The position numbers and the translations under genes were made by a program. Below are positions 27,967 to 39,321 of a DNA stretch of 64,000 nucleotides, in pieces. Position 1 is the stretch's first letter. Each line of letters starts with the position of its first letter. Source of the DNA: an uncultured Alphaproteobacteria bacterium (GTDB lineage Bacteria; Pseudomonadota; Alphaproteobacteria; Methylaequorales; Methylaequoraceae); NCBI GenBank assembly GCA_902526175.1, contig CABZJY010000001.1, forward strand, positions 134,698 through 198,697, read 5' to 3'. The notes beneath the pieces are model-generated. The model did no database searches, was not told the origin of the DNA, and was given only the letters and a program-made list of their open reading frames with translations.

Positions 27967-29181
27967 ATGTTAAAACTTAAACCTACCAACCATTTTATTT
28001 TGATAGACTTAGGGACTAATAAAATTGTTTTTGTCGAATACAAAAAAAAAAAAAATAATAATCTAGAGTTGATTAATTGGAATCACATTAAAACGCTTGG
28101 TCTTACAGGTGGAAAAATAATTTCCTTAAAACAAACCTCTGAATCTATAAAAAAAATTTTTGCAAATTATAAACTAAAAAAAGAAAAAAAAATTGTAATA
28201 GTTAGTATTTCAGATCCTGAACTAACACTTAAAAAAACATATTTTGACATTGATATTAATGGTCACAAGATAAGTAAAAAAGATGTGAGAGAGGTGTTTA
28301 CTAAAAATTTAAAAAAGTTTTTTTCAACCAGTATGCACCTACTTCATACTATCCCAACAAATTTTTTCTTGGATGATAAAATTATAGATAATAATCCTAT
28401 AGGAATTTCCTGTAAAAAACTGGGTTTAAAATCTATAAATATCCTCATTACCAAAGATACGATTAATCAGTTTAAACATTCATTTAAAAATTCAAGAATA
28501 GTTGAACCAAATAACTTTGTATATTCAGGATTGGCTTCATCGATTTCATCCTTAACGAAAGACGAGAAAGAAAATGGTGCAACATCAATTGACTTTGGAG
28601 CAGGATCAGTAAAAATTGTGACTTTTTATAAAAATACTATTGAGTTTGTAAAAAATTTATCGCTCGGAGGTAATGATGTAACAAATGATATTTCCAAGAT
28701 ACTTGAAATAGATTATGAGCAGGCTGAATATGTAAAGATTATAAAAGGGAATCTTAGCTTTATTAACGAGGAAAAATTTAAAGTTGAACTTCCATGTGGT
28801 GAACATAAGGTAATTACTTCAAATTTTTTGCAAGGAATCATAAAGCCGAGATATGAAGAAATAATTGAAATGTGCAGAAATACCTTAGAGGAGAATCTTA
28901 TCTCGAGAATAGGTATGGATACAGTCGTTTTTTCAGGAGGTGGAGCTGAAATAAAAGGTTTTCAGGAATTTTCATCTAAAATTCTAAATCGAAGAGTTCG
29001 AGTTGCAAAACCTTTTGCTTTTCATAAAGATATTGGAAAACCAGAATTTTCAACTTTAAATGGTTTAATTAAAATATGTAATGATTTAACTTTTAAGAAT
29101 TTATTATTAAATAAATCTATACAAAATGATAATGGCATCTTAGATAAACTGAATAATTGGGTATCTGACAGTATTAGTTAG
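27967..29181 (+). CDS. ftsA: Cell division protein FtsA (divergent)
   Basis: IDLGTNKI, IDFGAG, GGNDVTNDI, SGGGA actin-fold motifs; C-terminal amphipathic helix. Confidence 0.9.
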   Translation: MLKLKPTNHFILIDLGTNKIVFVEYKKKKNNNLELINWNHIKTLGLTGGKIISLKQTSESIKKIFANYKLKKEKKIVIVSISDPELTLKKTYFDIDINGHKISKKDVREVFTKNLKKFFSTSMHLLHTIPTNFFLDDKIIDNNPIGISCKKLGLKSINILITKDTINQFKHSFKNSRIVEPNNFVYSGLASSISSLTKDEKENGATSIDFGAGSVKIVTFYKNTIEFVKNLSLGGNDVTNDISKILEIDYEQAEYVKIIKGNLSFINEEKFKVELPCGEHKVITSNFLQGIIKPRYEEIIEMCRNTLEENLISRIGMDTVVFSGGGAEIKGFQEFSSKILNRRVRVAKPFAFHKDIGKPEFSTLNGLIKICNDLTFKNLLLNKSIQNDNGILDKLNNWVSDSIS

Positions 29182-29249
29182 TTTGTTATTGAAATATTTT
29201 GTAATTATTTGTGAATTTAAGAGTGAAAAAAATCATATATTATCATTAT

Positions 29250-30206
29250 ATGTTATTTAATAAAAAAGCTCCAAGAGTATCAGATCGACAAACAGAAAGT
29301 ATAACCAATCTTCCTAAGCTTAAAATTGCGAATAAGCAGTTTACTTTGTCAAATAAAGTTAAATTTAGTGGGGTTGGTCTTCATTCCGGTAAGAAAATCA
29401 ATATGACGCTGCATCCAAGCGATGAAAATACAGGAATTATTTTTAGATTGAAGAGTAAAGACGGTTTAACTTCAGATATTGAAGCAACCTATAATAATGT
29501 TTCAGATACTTTTCTTTGTACAAAACTTAAAAATGAGGAAGGCCATTTTGTTTCAACAACTGAGCATCTTTTATCTTCTCTTTACTCTCTTAATATTGAT
29601 AACTTAATTATAGAAATTGATAATAATGAAATTCCTATTTTAGATGGTTCTAGTAAAATATTCTTTGATGCCATTTCAAAAGTAGGATTAAGTGAACAAA
29701 ATAGCTTTAAGAAGTTTATAAAAATTAAAAATACCTTAGAGGTAAGTAATGACAACTCTTATGCCAAAGTTTCTCCTAATATAGAGACAATAATAAGTTG
29801 TGAAATAAATTTTCAAACAAAGGTTATCGGCAAACAATCAATAAGTTTTCCTTTAACCAAATCAATTTTTAAAAATGAAATATCCAGTGCAAGAACTTTT
29901 GGTTTTCTAAATGATATTAATTGTTTAAGGAAAAAGGGGTTAACACTTGGTGGTTCTCTAGATAATGCTATTGTGATTTCAGAAGATAAGGTTTTAAACA
30001 AAGGTGGTTTGAGATTTAATGATGAATTTGTAAGGCACAAGGCCCTAGATTTTATCGGAGATCTCGCTCTTTCGGGACATAAAATGATTGGTTCTTTTTT
30101 AAGTGTAAATGGTGGTCATGCCATAAATTATAAACTCGTAAGAAAAATCTTTAGCTGCAGAGACAATTGGGATTTTGTTGATTCAAATCAAGATCCGATT
30201 TTTTAA
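29250..30206 (+). CDS. lpxC: UDP-3-O-acyl-GlcNAc deacetylase LpxC
   Basis: GVGLHSG, TEHLLS, EIPILDGS, ARTFGF, RHKALDFIGDL. Start uncertain (ATG 29250; track ORF from 29211). Confidence 0.95.
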   Translation: MLFNKKAPRVSDRQTESITNLPKLKIANKQFTLSNKVKFSGVGLHSGKKINMTLHPSDENTGIIFRLKSKDGLTSDIEATYNNVSDTFLCTKLKNEEGHFVSTTEHLLSSLYSLNIDNLIIEIDNNEIPILDGSSKIFFDAISKVGLSEQNSFKKFIKIKNTLEVSNDNSYAKVSPNIETIISCEINFQTKVIGKQSISFPLTKSIFKNEISSARTFGFLNDINCLRKKGLTLGGSLDNAIVISEDKVLNKGGLRFNDEFVRHKALDFIGDLALSGHKMIGSFLSVNGGHAINYKLVRKIFSCRDNWDFVDSNQDPIF

Positions 30207-30260
30207 TTTTAACTTTCTTTATTTTTTTGTTAGATTCTAAATTAATAAGATTTAGGCTTT

Positions 30261-31094
30261 ATGAAAAAAATTTTAATAATTATTTCTTGTACACTTTTTT
30301 TGAACTGTTGTAGTTCTAGTAATGAACAACTAGGAATTCAGAGTTATAATAAAACTGATAAGTCAATGTATATTGATGCTCACAAAAAACTAAAGTCAGG
30401 TGAGTACGAAGAAGCAAATAACTTATTTACGGAACTTGATCTTATGCACCCTTATTCTAAATGGGCTATTAAAGGTCAATTAATGTCTGGGTTTTCTCTT
30501 TATCAAGAAAATAAATATGAGGAAGCTATATTTACACTCAATAAATTTATTAATTTAAACCCCAAAGATAAAAATTTAGATTACGCTCATTATTTAAAAG
30601 GATTTTGTTTTTACGAGAGAATTAACAATGTTTCAAGAGATCAAAATATGGCTATTAAAGCTAAAGAAACCTTTACTGAACTTAAAAATAAATTTCCAAA
30701 TTCAAAATATTCACAAAGAGCTATACAGCATATAAAGTTGTTAAATAATCAGTTAGCCGGTTATGAAATGACTATTGGTAAATTTTACCAAAAAAGAGGA
30801 AAATTTATTGCAGCTACATTAAGATACAAAACCATTATAAAAAAATATAAAAATTCTGCTCAAATTCCAGAATCATTATTCAGAATTATGGAATGTTATT
30901 TATCATTAGGTATTAAACCACAAGCAATAACACTTTTTAAAATACTTAATTATAATTTTCCTGGATCAGTGTGGTCAGCTGAATCTGTTGCCCTTTTGAA
31001 AGATACAAAAGTTAAAGTCTCATTGTTAGAGAATTTAAAGGAAAAAAAAAAAATAGAATTAAATACATTAAATATTGATGAATTAGATTTTTAA
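30261..31094 (+). CDS. bamD: Outer membrane protein assembly lipoprotein BamD
   Basis: Lipobox, TPR repeats, HPYSKWA, RDQ, position between lpxC and recN. Confidence 0.92.
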   Translation: MKKILIIISCTLFLNCCSSSNEQLGIQSYNKTDKSMYIDAHKKLKSGEYEEANNLFTELDLMHPYSKWAIKGQLMSGFSLYQENKYEEAIFTLNKFINLNPKDKNLDYAHYLKGFCFYERINNVSRDQNMAIKAKETFTELKNKFPNSKYSQRAIQHIKLLNNQLAGYEMTIGKFYQKRGKFIAATLRYKTIIKKYKNSAQIPESLFRIMECYLSLGIKPQAITLFKILNYNFPGSVWSAESVALLKDTKVKVSLLENLKEKKKIELNTLNIDELDF

Positions 31095-31106
31095 TTTTTT
31101 TTACAA

Positions 31107-32768
31107 ATGTTAAGTTTTTTATCCATAAGAAATATTGTTTTAATTGAAAAGATTGATATTAATTTTGAACAGGGTCTATGTGTTCTAACAGGTGAAACAG
31201 GTGCTGGAAAATCGATAATTCTTGATTCATTAGGTCTTGTTTTAGGAAATAGAGCTAATTATTCTCTAAGACCAAAGAATCAGTTTGAAACTAAGGTAAC
31301 AGCAGTTTTTTCAAATATTCAAGATTTAGAGATAGAAAAAATTCTGCGTGAAAATGGAATAGATCTTAAAGATGAAATTATACTGAAGAGATCTTTAACC
31401 TCTGATGGTAAAAGTAAATCATTTATTAATGATAATTTAGTAAGCCTTTCTACTTTAAAAAATATTGGTGACAAACTTGTTGAAGTTGAAAGTCAATTTT
31501 CAGAACAAGGACTCTTAAATACGTCGAGTCATATCAAAGTTTTAGATGAATTCGGAAACTACAATAATTTGATTATAGACTTAAATAAAAGCTGGGATGT
31601 ATTGCAAGAAAAAACACTAAAATTAAAAACAATGCAAAATTTAAAAATAAAGATTAATGAGAACAAAGAACTGTATAATTTTTATTTAAATGAACTTTCA
31701 AACCTTAATCCTAGTGAATCTGAATATCCTAAACTATTAAAAGCAAAAGAATTACTTGTTAATTCAAAAAAAATCATGAGCAGCTCTTTAATTGTGTTGG
31801 ATAATTTTTTTTCTGAAAATAATAGAAATATTGAAAATCTAATGATTTCTTCAATAAAGGAGCTGGAGAAAATAAATAAATTTGTTGGAAAAGATTGTGA
31901 GAAAATAATTAATACAATCGATGACTTTCTTGTTAATATGGTTGATTTAAAAAATACTATTAACAGTTTTTGCGAAAACAATGATCAAGATGGAAAGAAG
32001 TTAGAATCTCTTGAAGATAGAATCTTTGAATATGTGAGATTAGCAAAAAAACATAATTGTCAAGAAAGTGATCTTATACATAAAAAAAATTCTATAGAGT
32101 TAGAATTACAAAGTCTAGAGGATGAATCAAAAGATTTAAAAAAAATTATTTTAGAAAAAGAACAAGCAGAAAAAATATTTAATGATATAGCAAATGAAGT
32201 ATCACTCAAAAGAATTGAAAATGCAAAAAAAATGGATGAACAAATTAATCTTGAACTACCGGATTTAAAATTAGATGGTGCTACATTTAAGACTTGCATT
32301 GAACAATCTGAAAAACCAAAAAGAGATGGAATTGATGATATTAAGTTTCTAATAAAAACGAATCCTAAAAGTGAACTAGGACATTTTAATAAGATTACAT
32401 CTGGTGGTGAACTGTGTAGATTTGCACTTGCAATAAAAGTAGTTTCATCAAAAATAAAGAAAAATTCCATTGTTTTTGATGAAGTTGATAGTGGCATTGG
32501 AGGGTCTGTAGCATCAGCTGTTGGAGAAAAACTTAATCGCTTAGGTAAAACCAAACAAATAATTGTAGTCACTCATTCTCCCCAAGTTGCAGCATTGGGT
32601 AATCAGCATTATAAAGTTTCTAAAATTATGGAAAGCGGTGTTAACATAACAAAAATAGAAAAATTAGACAATAATAAGAAAATTTTAGAAATTGCTAGAA
32701 TGTTATCTGGTAAAGAAATTACATCTGAGGCTGAGGAGGCAGCAAAAATATTAATTAATACTACATAG
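31107..32768 (+). CDS. recN: DNA repair protein RecN
   Basis: TGETGAGKS, SGGELCRF, FDEVDSGIGG, VTHSPQVAA, EIARMLSG. Confidence 0.97.
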   Translation: MLSFLSIRNIVLIEKIDINFEQGLCVLTGETGAGKSIILDSLGLVLGNRANYSLRPKNQFETKVTAVFSNIQDLEIEKILRENGIDLKDEIILKRSLTSDGKSKSFINDNLVSLSTLKNIGDKLVEVESQFSEQGLLNTSSHIKVLDEFGNYNNLIIDLNKSWDVLQEKTLKLKTMQNLKIKINENKELYNFYLNELSNLNPSESEYPKLLKAKELLVNSKKIMSSSLIVLDNFFSENNRNIENLMISSIKELEKINKFVGKDCEKIINTIDDFLVNMVDLKNTINSFCENNDQDGKKLESLEDRIFEYVRLAKKHNCQESDLIHKKNSIELELQSLEDESKDLKKIILEKEQAEKIFNDIANEVSLKRIENAKKMDEQINLELPDLKLDGATFKTCIEQSEKPKRDGIDDIKFLIKTNPKSELGHFNKITSGGELCRFALAIKVVSSKIKKNSIVFDEVDSGIGGSVASAVGEKLNRLGKTKQIIVVTHSPQVAALGNQHYKVSKIMESGVNITKIEKLDNNKKILEIARMLSGKEITSEAEEAAKILINTT

Positions 32769-34527
32769 TTCTTGTTTTATCCTTCAGCCAACTTCTTAAT
32801 TCTATGCTTATGAGTTTTGAAATGATTTGAAATACTTGTTTATGATATGAATTTATCCAATTTATTTGAATACTATCTAGTTCATTCTTATTAATTAATT
32901 TTTTTTCGAATGGAACCAGACTCAAATTATCAAATTCTAGAAAATTTTTGTATGATGATTTTTTGACCAATAATAAATTTTCCAAACGAATACCAAATTT
33001 AGATTTTTTATAATAACCAGGTTCGTTTGATAAAATCATTCCCTCTTTAATACTTTCATTAATACTGCTTTTTGACAAACTTTGAGGACCTTCATGAACT
33101 CCAAGAAAATTCCCAACACCATGACCAGTACCATGGTTATAATCTAAACCTAAGTTCCAAAGATTATGTCTTGCAATAACATCAATTTGTATACCCAGCG
33201 TTTTTTTTGGAAATTTCATTTTAGCTAAATCAATATGTGCTTTTAAAACATTTGTATATATTTTTATATATTCTTTTTTTGGAGGTCTTGACCCAATTAA
33301 AAAGGTTCTTGTTATATCAGTTGTTCCACCAAAATATTGTCCACCAGAATCACATAAATACAAATCACCTTTTTTTAATTTTTTTGGTTTCATATTTTTG
33401 GGATTATAGTGGATGATAGCTCCATTTTTACCAGTTGCTGAAATTGTATCAAAACTTGGTGAAAAGTATGAATTGTTCTCCTTTCTAAAATTTTCTAACT
33501 TTTGTGCTACTTCTAATTCATTACAATTATATATTTGCCTACTTTTTTCTAACCAGAACATAAATTTTATTATAGCAACAGCATCATAAATATGAATTTT
33601 TTTTATACTACTTATCTCCACAGAATTTTTTATTGATTTTTCTTTTTTACAAATATCCTCAATCATCTCATATTTGAAATTCATTTTATTAATTTCATGG
33701 TAAAAATAATAAGGAGAATCTTTATCTATTAGAATTTTCTTATTTTTTTCTATTTTTTTTAAATCTTTATGTATTTGCTCTTCAGAGCTAATACTTATAC
33801 CTAAATTATTGAAAAATATATTTAGTTTCTTTGTTAACTTATTTTTATCGATATATAAAATAATTTTTTTTGGATTAAAAAAAATCATTCTTGACATAAC
33901 AACCGGAGTAAAATCTAAATCATAACCTCTCAAATTTAAAAGCCACGATACAGACTCAGGTGAAGTAATTATATAGCAATATAAATTTTTAATTTTATTT
34001 CTAATTAAATTAATTTTTTTTTTTGCTGAACAACCAGTATATTTATTGCTGAGCAAAAAAGCATGCTTAGATGGTTGAATGCTGTTAAATCTATAAATGT
34101 GATCAATAAGTATTCCAGCATTAAAATGTATTTTAATTTCTTTTTTTTGTGTAACTTCTATAAGTTTTTTTATAAATGAAATAGAGTGTATTTTTGAATC
34201 AACACAAAGTTTGGTCTTCTTAGACTGGTTATCATTAAAAAAATCAAAGATTGTATATTTAGATGTATCATAAATTTTTATACTTGAAGGTAATTCAGAT
34301 ATTGCCTGCAATGTGTAGCGACCATCAGTAAAGAAAATAAAAGAGTCATTAAAAAGTAGTAGCAAGCCATTTGAACCAGAAAATCCAGTTAACCACTTAA
34401 GTCTTTGTTTATTTACAGGAGCATATTCATTAAGATATTCGTCCATTGTTGACAGTAAATAACTATCAAATTTTTTTTCTTTACATAACTTCTTTAGAGA
34501 ACTTAATCTTTTTAAATATTCTACCAT
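32761..34527 (-). CDS. Aminopeptidase P family (M24B) protein
   Basis: WLTGFSGS, DGRY, DSGGQY..GTTDITRT, HGTGHGVG..L.VHEGP, SNEPGYY, GIRLEN. Confidence 0.93.
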   Translation of the reverse strand: MVEYLKRLSSLKKLCKEKKFDSYLLSTMDEYLNEYAPVNKQRLKWLTGFSGSNGLLLLFNDSFIFFTDGRYTLQAISELPSSIKIYDTSKYTIFDFFNDNQSKKTKLCVDSKIHSISFIKKLIEVTQKKEIKIHFNAGILIDHIYRFNSIQPSKHAFLLSNKYTGCSAKKKINLIRNKIKNLYCYIITSPESVSWLLNLRGYDLDFTPVVMSRMIFFNPKKIILYIDKNKLTKKLNIFFNNLGISISSEEQIHKDLKKIEKNKKILIDKDSPYYFYHEINKMNFKYEMIEDICKKEKSIKNSVEISSIKKIHIYDAVAIIKFMFWLEKSRQIYNCNELEVAQKLENFRKENNSYFSPSFDTISATGKNGAIIHYNPKNMKPKKLKKGDLYLCDSGGQYFGGTTDITRTFLIGSRPPKKEYIKIYTNVLKAHIDLAKMKFPKKTLGIQIDVIARHNLWNLGLDYNHGTGHGVGNFLGVHEGPQSLSKSSINESIKEGMILSNEPGYYKKSKFGIRLENLLLVKKSSYKNFLEFDNLSLVPFEKKLINKNELDSIQINWINSYHKQVFQIISKLISIELRSWLKDKTRTM

Positions 34528-34532
34528 ATTAG

Positions 34533-36677
34533 TTAATTTAACTTTTTGAGATAATCGGCTAATACTTTAACTACTTCTTTTGTTTTTTGAAAAGTTATTT
34601 GAACCTTATCATTACTAATACCAAGTACTATTCCTTCACCAAGATTTTCATGAAATACCTTATCCCCAACTCTAAATTTTTCACTTTTTATTGATTCTAT
34701 AATTCTTGGATATTCCTTCTCCATTTTGTCTTCAACTTTGAGATCACAACTTTTTTTTGGAAGTTCAGATAAAAATCTTGATGGAATTGTTCTATACAAA
34801 GATTGGTTGTATTGTTTTCTATAATTCGCAAAGAAAATACTTAATGAATTTCTTGCACGAGTAATTCCTACATATGCTAATCTTCTTTCCTCTTCTAAAC
34901 CTTTATTACCATGTTCATCAATATTCCTTTGGTTTGGAAAGATCCCCTCTTCCCAACCTGGAAGTAATACTGTATCAAATTCTAATCCTTTTGCACTGTG
35001 TATCGTCATTAACGAAATTTTTTTTTTTTCATTTACATCTGAAGAATTATCTATTACTAAACTAACCTCTTCTAAAAAGTCTCCCAAAGAATTTCTATTA
35101 TTTATATCACTAACAAGTTTCTTTAAATTTTCCAATCTTCCTTCTGATTCATATGTTTTATCATCCTTAAGCATATCACAATAACCAACCTCCTCTAATA
35201 ATTCACCTGCAATATCCGAATGTATTTTTTTTGAAAGTTTTTTTTGATTTGATTCTAATATATTTACAAAATAGTTCATTGAATCTAAGAGTTTTTTTGG
35301 AAAAATTTTTAAAGCTAGATGTTCTTTAAGAGACTGAAAAAGCGAAATATTTTTTGTTCTTGAGTTTTTATATAGATCTGAAAGGTATTTTGTCCCTAAA
35401 CCTCTTTTGGGAATATTTATAATCCTTTCTAAAGCAAGATCGTCATCCCAATTAACTATTATTCTAAAATAAGCAATTGCGTCCTTAATTTCTTTTCTGT
35501 CATAAAACTTTGGTCCTCCAACTACTCTATATTTTATTCCTTCTTTTACAAATCTATCTTCAATTTCTTTGAACTGAAAACTTGCTCTTGTTAAAACAGC
35601 AATTTCATTGGGATTTTTATTTTTTTCTATCAATTGTTTTATTATTTCACACATTCTTATTGCTTCTGCAGTATCATCATCAACATTGATAACTTTAACC
35701 TTTCTTCCATCAGAATCATTAGTCCATAGAGTTTTTCCAATCCTTTCAGTATTCTCAGAAATAATACTTGAAGCGGCAGATAATATATTTCCAGTAGAGC
35801 GATAATTTTGTTCTAATCTAATTATCTTTGATTTCTTAAAATGTTTTTCAAAATTTAAAATATTACTTAATTGTGCTCCCCTCCAACCATAAATTGATTG
35901 ATCTTCGTCTCCTACACAACAAATATTTTGATGTTTAGCAGCTAAAAGTCTCAATAATAAATATTGTGCTGTATTTGTGTCTTGATATTCGTCAACTAAT
36001 ATATACCTGAGTGTATTTTGATAATATTCTAAAACGTTTTCATTTTTTTTAAGTAGATTCAAAGTTTTTAAAATCAGATCTCCAAAATCTACTGCATTAA
36101 AGCCTTCTAATCTTTTTTGGTAACTTTCATATACTTTACTTAAAATTCCGTTGGTATGTATCTCAAATTCATGGTTTGAAATTTGATCAAAATTAAGCGC
36201 GTAATTTTTTAAACTATCTATAAAATATAAATAATTTTTGGGATTATGTTTTTTATTATCCAAATTTAAATACGACAAGATTTGTTTTAACAATCTCAAT
36301 TGATCATCTGTATCCAAAATGGTAAAGTCATTCTTTAAATTGACATAACTAGCATTTTTTCTCAATATTCTTAGACCAATAGAATGAAACGTTCCTATAT
36401 ACATCCCCTCTATAGGTTTCTTTATTAAACTTTCTACTCTTCTTTTCATTTCGTTTGCTGCTTTATTTGTAAAAGTCACTGCAAGAATTTGAAAATTTTT
36501 TGCTTTGTTTGAAAATATTAAATTTGCGAGTCTTGTAGTTAAAACCTTTGTCTTGCCAGTTCCAGCACCAGAAAGAACTAAAAGAGGGCCCTCAGTAGAT
36601 GTAACGGCTTGCCGTTGCTGATCATTTAATCCTTGCAAAAAGTCAGGCTCAGGAATTATCAATAACTTTTCATTCAT
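34533..36677 (-). CDS. uvrD: ATP-dependent DNA helicase UvrD/PcrA
   Basis: GAGTGKT, TFTNKAA, VDEYQDTN, VGDEDQSIYGWRGA, LEQNYRS, TIHSAKGLEF, EERRLAYVGITRA. Confidence 0.96.
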   Translation of the reverse strand: MNEKLLIIPEPDFLQGLNDQQRQAVTSTEGPLLVLSGAGTGKTKVLTTRLANLIFSNKAKNFQILAVTFTNKAANEMKRRVESLIKKPIEGMYIGTFHSIGLRILRKNASYVNLKNDFTILDTDDQLRLLKQILSYLNLDNKKHNPKNYLYFIDSLKNYALNFDQISNHEFEIHTNGILSKVYESYQKRLEGFNAVDFGDLILKTLNLLKKNENVLEYYQNTLRYILVDEYQDTNTAQYLLLRLLAAKHQNICCVGDEDQSIYGWRGAQLSNILNFEKHFKKSKIIRLEQNYRSTGNILSAASSIISENTERIGKTLWTNDSDGRKVKVINVDDDTAEAIRMCEIIKQLIEKNKNPNEIAVLTRASFQFKEIEDRFVKEGIKYRVVGGPKFYDRKEIKDAIAYFRIIVNWDDDLALERIINIPKRGLGTKYLSDLYKNSRTKNISLFQSLKEHLALKIFPKKLLDSMNYFVNILESNQKKLSKKIHSDIAGELLEEVGYCDMLKDDKTYESEGRLENLKKLVSDINNRNSLGDFLEEVSLVIDNSSDVNEKKKISLMTIHSAKGLEFDTVLLPGWEEGIFPNQRNIDEHGNKGLEEERRLAYVGITRARNSLSIFFANYRKQYNQSLYRTIPSRFLSELPKKSCDLKVEDKMEKEYPRIIESIKSEKFRVGDKVFHENLGEGIVLGISNDKVQITFQKTKEVVKVLADYLKKLN

Positions 36678-36679
36678 AA

Positions 36680-39319
36680 TTATTGCTTATTTAAATAACT
36701 TAGATTTGGAGCTAACCATTTTTCTGCATCTTTGATACTTATTTTTTTTCTTTTTGCATAACTTATTATTTGATCTTTATTTATCTTTCCAATTCCAAAG
36801 TATTCTGATTTTTTATTAGAAAAATAAAAGCCTGAAACTGAACTTGTTGGAAGCATTGCAAAAGAGTCAGTAAGGGTAACTCCAATTAATTTTTCAACAT
36901 TTAATAACCTAAATAACGTTTTTTTCTCTGTATGATCTGGACATGCGGGATATCCTGGAGCTGGTCGGATACCAAAATACTTTTCGTTAATTAATTCCTG
37001 ATTGTCAAATTTCTCTTTTTTTGAATATCCCCAAAATGTTTTGCGAACTTCTTCATGCATTTTCTCTGCAAATGCTTCTGCAATTCTGTCACCCAATGAT
37101 TTAATAAGAATTGAATTGTAGTCATCCTTTTTGTCTTCATACTTCTTTGAAATTTCTTCAATACCTTTACCAGCCGTAACAACAAATCCACCCAAATAAT
37201 CTTTTACATTACTTTCAACAGGTGCGATAAAATCGGCAAGACAATAATTAGCTCTTCTACCTGATTTTCTATGCATTTGTTGCCTAAGAAAAAAAAGTTT
37301 CTCTTGAATATTATTTCTTTTTTCATTTGTATATAGTTCTAAATCGTCATTTGTTGAATTGACCGGCCAAAAACCAATAATCGCTTTGGGTACAGTCAGT
37401 TTATCTTTTTGAATTCTTAATAACATTTTTTGTGCATCATTCCATAAATCTCTTGCAGAACTTCCAATTATTTTATCATCAAGTATCTCTGGAAATTTTC
37501 CATAAAGCTCCCACGCTGAAAAAAAAGGATCCCAGTCAATATAAGGAATTATTTCTTTAATTGAAAAATTATTAAATAATTTCAACCCAAGAAAAGAAGG
37601 TTTAACTGGCTTTTCTTCATTCCATTTTATATTAAATTTATTTTTTCTTGCCAACTCAATAGGGTAATCAGATCCTTTTTCTTGCGATTTGATAAACTTC
37701 TGTTTTATTTCTGTATACTCTTTACTAATCATTTGAGTGAATGCCATATTATTTTTATATGAAGAAAGTTTTGAAGCAACACTAACTGCCTTTGAAGCAT
37801 CTTGAACGTGCACTACTCCAAAATTATAATTAGGAAAAATCTTAACTGCTGTATGAATTTTACTTGTGGTTGCTCCACCAATCATCAATGGAATTTTAAT
37901 ATTTTGTTTACTTAATTCACTGGCAACAAAACACATCTCGTCCAAGCTTGGTGTAATTAAACCTGAAAGACCAATAACATTAACATTTTCTTCAACTGCT
38001 TTATCAATTATATTTTGTGCTGGGACCATTACACCCAAATCTATAACCTCAAAATTATTACATTGCAAAACAACACCTACAATGTTTTTACCAATATCAT
38101 GAACATCTCCTTTGACTGTGGCTAATAAAATTTTTCCTTTTCTTTTCTTTTCTCCAATTTCTTGGTTTTCCATGTAAGGTAATAATATAGAAACAGACTG
38201 CTTCATTACTCTTGCTGATTTTACAACTTGGGGTAAAAACATTTGGCCTGATCCGAAAAGATCACCAACAACATTCATCCCATCCATTAACGGACCCTCG
38301 ATTACATCAAGAGGATTCTTAGCATTCTTTCTTAGTTCTTCAGTATCAACATCTACATAATCATTTATTCCATTTATAAGTGCATACTCCATCCTTTTTT
38401 TAGGATTAAGTTTTCTCCATGATATATCTTTTTTTATTACTTTTTTTTTCCCAGAAAAAGTTTGAGCAAGATTAATTAAATTTTCTGTTGCATTTTCATT
38501 TTTATTAAATAGAACATCTTCAATTGCATTTTTGAGTTTATTTGGAATTTGATCATAGATTGTAATTTGACCTGAATTTACTATTGCCATATCTAAACCA
38601 GCGTTTATTGCATGGTATAAAAAACACGAATGCATCGCTTCTCTGACAATATTATTTCCTCTAAAACTAAATGATACATTAGAGACCCCTCCAGAAACTT
38701 TAGCATGAGGAAGCTTTTTTTTTATTTCTTTCGTTGCATCAAAAAAATTTAAGGCGTATTCATTATGTTCTTTAATTCCAGTTGCAACAGCAAAAATATT
38801 TGGATCAAAAATTATATCATGAGGGTTAAAATTCAATTTCTTTGTTAATAAATCATAAGCTCTTTTGCAAATATTATATTTTCTTTCGCAGGTTTCTGCC
38901 TGCCCTTTTTCATCAAAAGCCATAACAATTACTGCAGCACCATATGCTTGCACTAGTTTAGCTTGTTCTAAAAAGACTTTTTCACCTTCTTTAAGGCTTA
39001 TTGAATTTACAATTGATTTTCCCTGTACGCATTTTAATCCAGCTTCAATTACACTCCATTTTGATGAATCTATCATAAAAGGTACTTTGGCTATTTCAGG
39101 CTCAACCGCTAAGAAATTTAAGAAAGTCTGCATTGCCTTTTCGGAGTCAAGTAAACCCTCATCCATATTTATATCAATGATTTGTGCTCCATTTTCAACT
39201 TGCTGTTTAGCAACACTAACAGCTTCCTCATATTTTTCATTTAGAATTAACTTATTGAAAACGGCTGAACCGGTGACATTAGTTCTTTCACCAATATTTA
39301 TAAATTTTTGTGCATTCAT
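36680..39319 (-). CDS. metH: Cobalamin-dependent methionine synthase, pterin/B12-binding/reactivation subunit (split MetH)
   Basis: [37 protein letters not shown] (B12 His ligand), [22 protein letters not shown]. Confidence 0.96.
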   Translation of the reverse strand: MNAQKFINIGERTNVTGSAVFNKLILNEKYEEAVSVAKQQVENGAQIIDINMDEGLLDSEKAMQTFLNFLAVEPEIAKVPFMIDSSKWSVIEAGLKCVQGKSIVNSISLKEGEKVFLEQAKLVQAYGAAVIVMAFDEKGQAETCERKYNICKRAYDLLTKKLNFNPHDIIFDPNIFAVATGIKEHNEYALNFFDATKEIKKKLPHAKVSGGVSNVSFSFRGNNIVREAMHSCFLYHAINAGLDMAIVNSGQITIYDQIPNKLKNAIEDVLFNKNENATENLINLAQTFSGKKKVIKKDISWRKLNPKKRMEYALINGINDYVDVDTEELRKNAKNPLDVIEGPLMDGMNVVGDLFGSGQMFLPQVVKSARVMKQSVSILLPYMENQEIGEKKRKGKILLATVKGDVHDIGKNIVGVVLQCNNFEVIDLGVMVPAQNIIDKAVEENVNVIGLSGLITPSLDEMCFVASELSKQNIKIPLMIGGATTSKIHTAVKIFPNYNFGVVHVQDASKAVSVASKLSSYKNNMAFTQMISKEYTEIKQKFIKSQEKGSDYPIELARKNKFNIKWNEEKPVKPSFLGLKLFNNFSIKEIIPYIDWDPFFSAWELYGKFPEILDDKIIGSSARDLWNDAQKMLLRIQKDKLTVPKAIIGFWPVNSTNDDLELYTNEKRNNIQEKLFFLRQQMHRKSGRRANYCLADFIAPVESNVKDYLGGFVVTAGKGIEEISKKYEDKKDDYNSILIKSLGDRIAEAFAEKMHEEVRKTFWGYSKKEKFDNQELINEKYFGIRPAPGYPACPDHTEKKTLFRLLNVEKLIGVTLTDSFAMLPTSSVSGFYFSNKKSEYFGIGKINKDQIISYAKRKKISIKDAEKWLAPNLSYLNKQ

Positions 39320-39321
39320 AA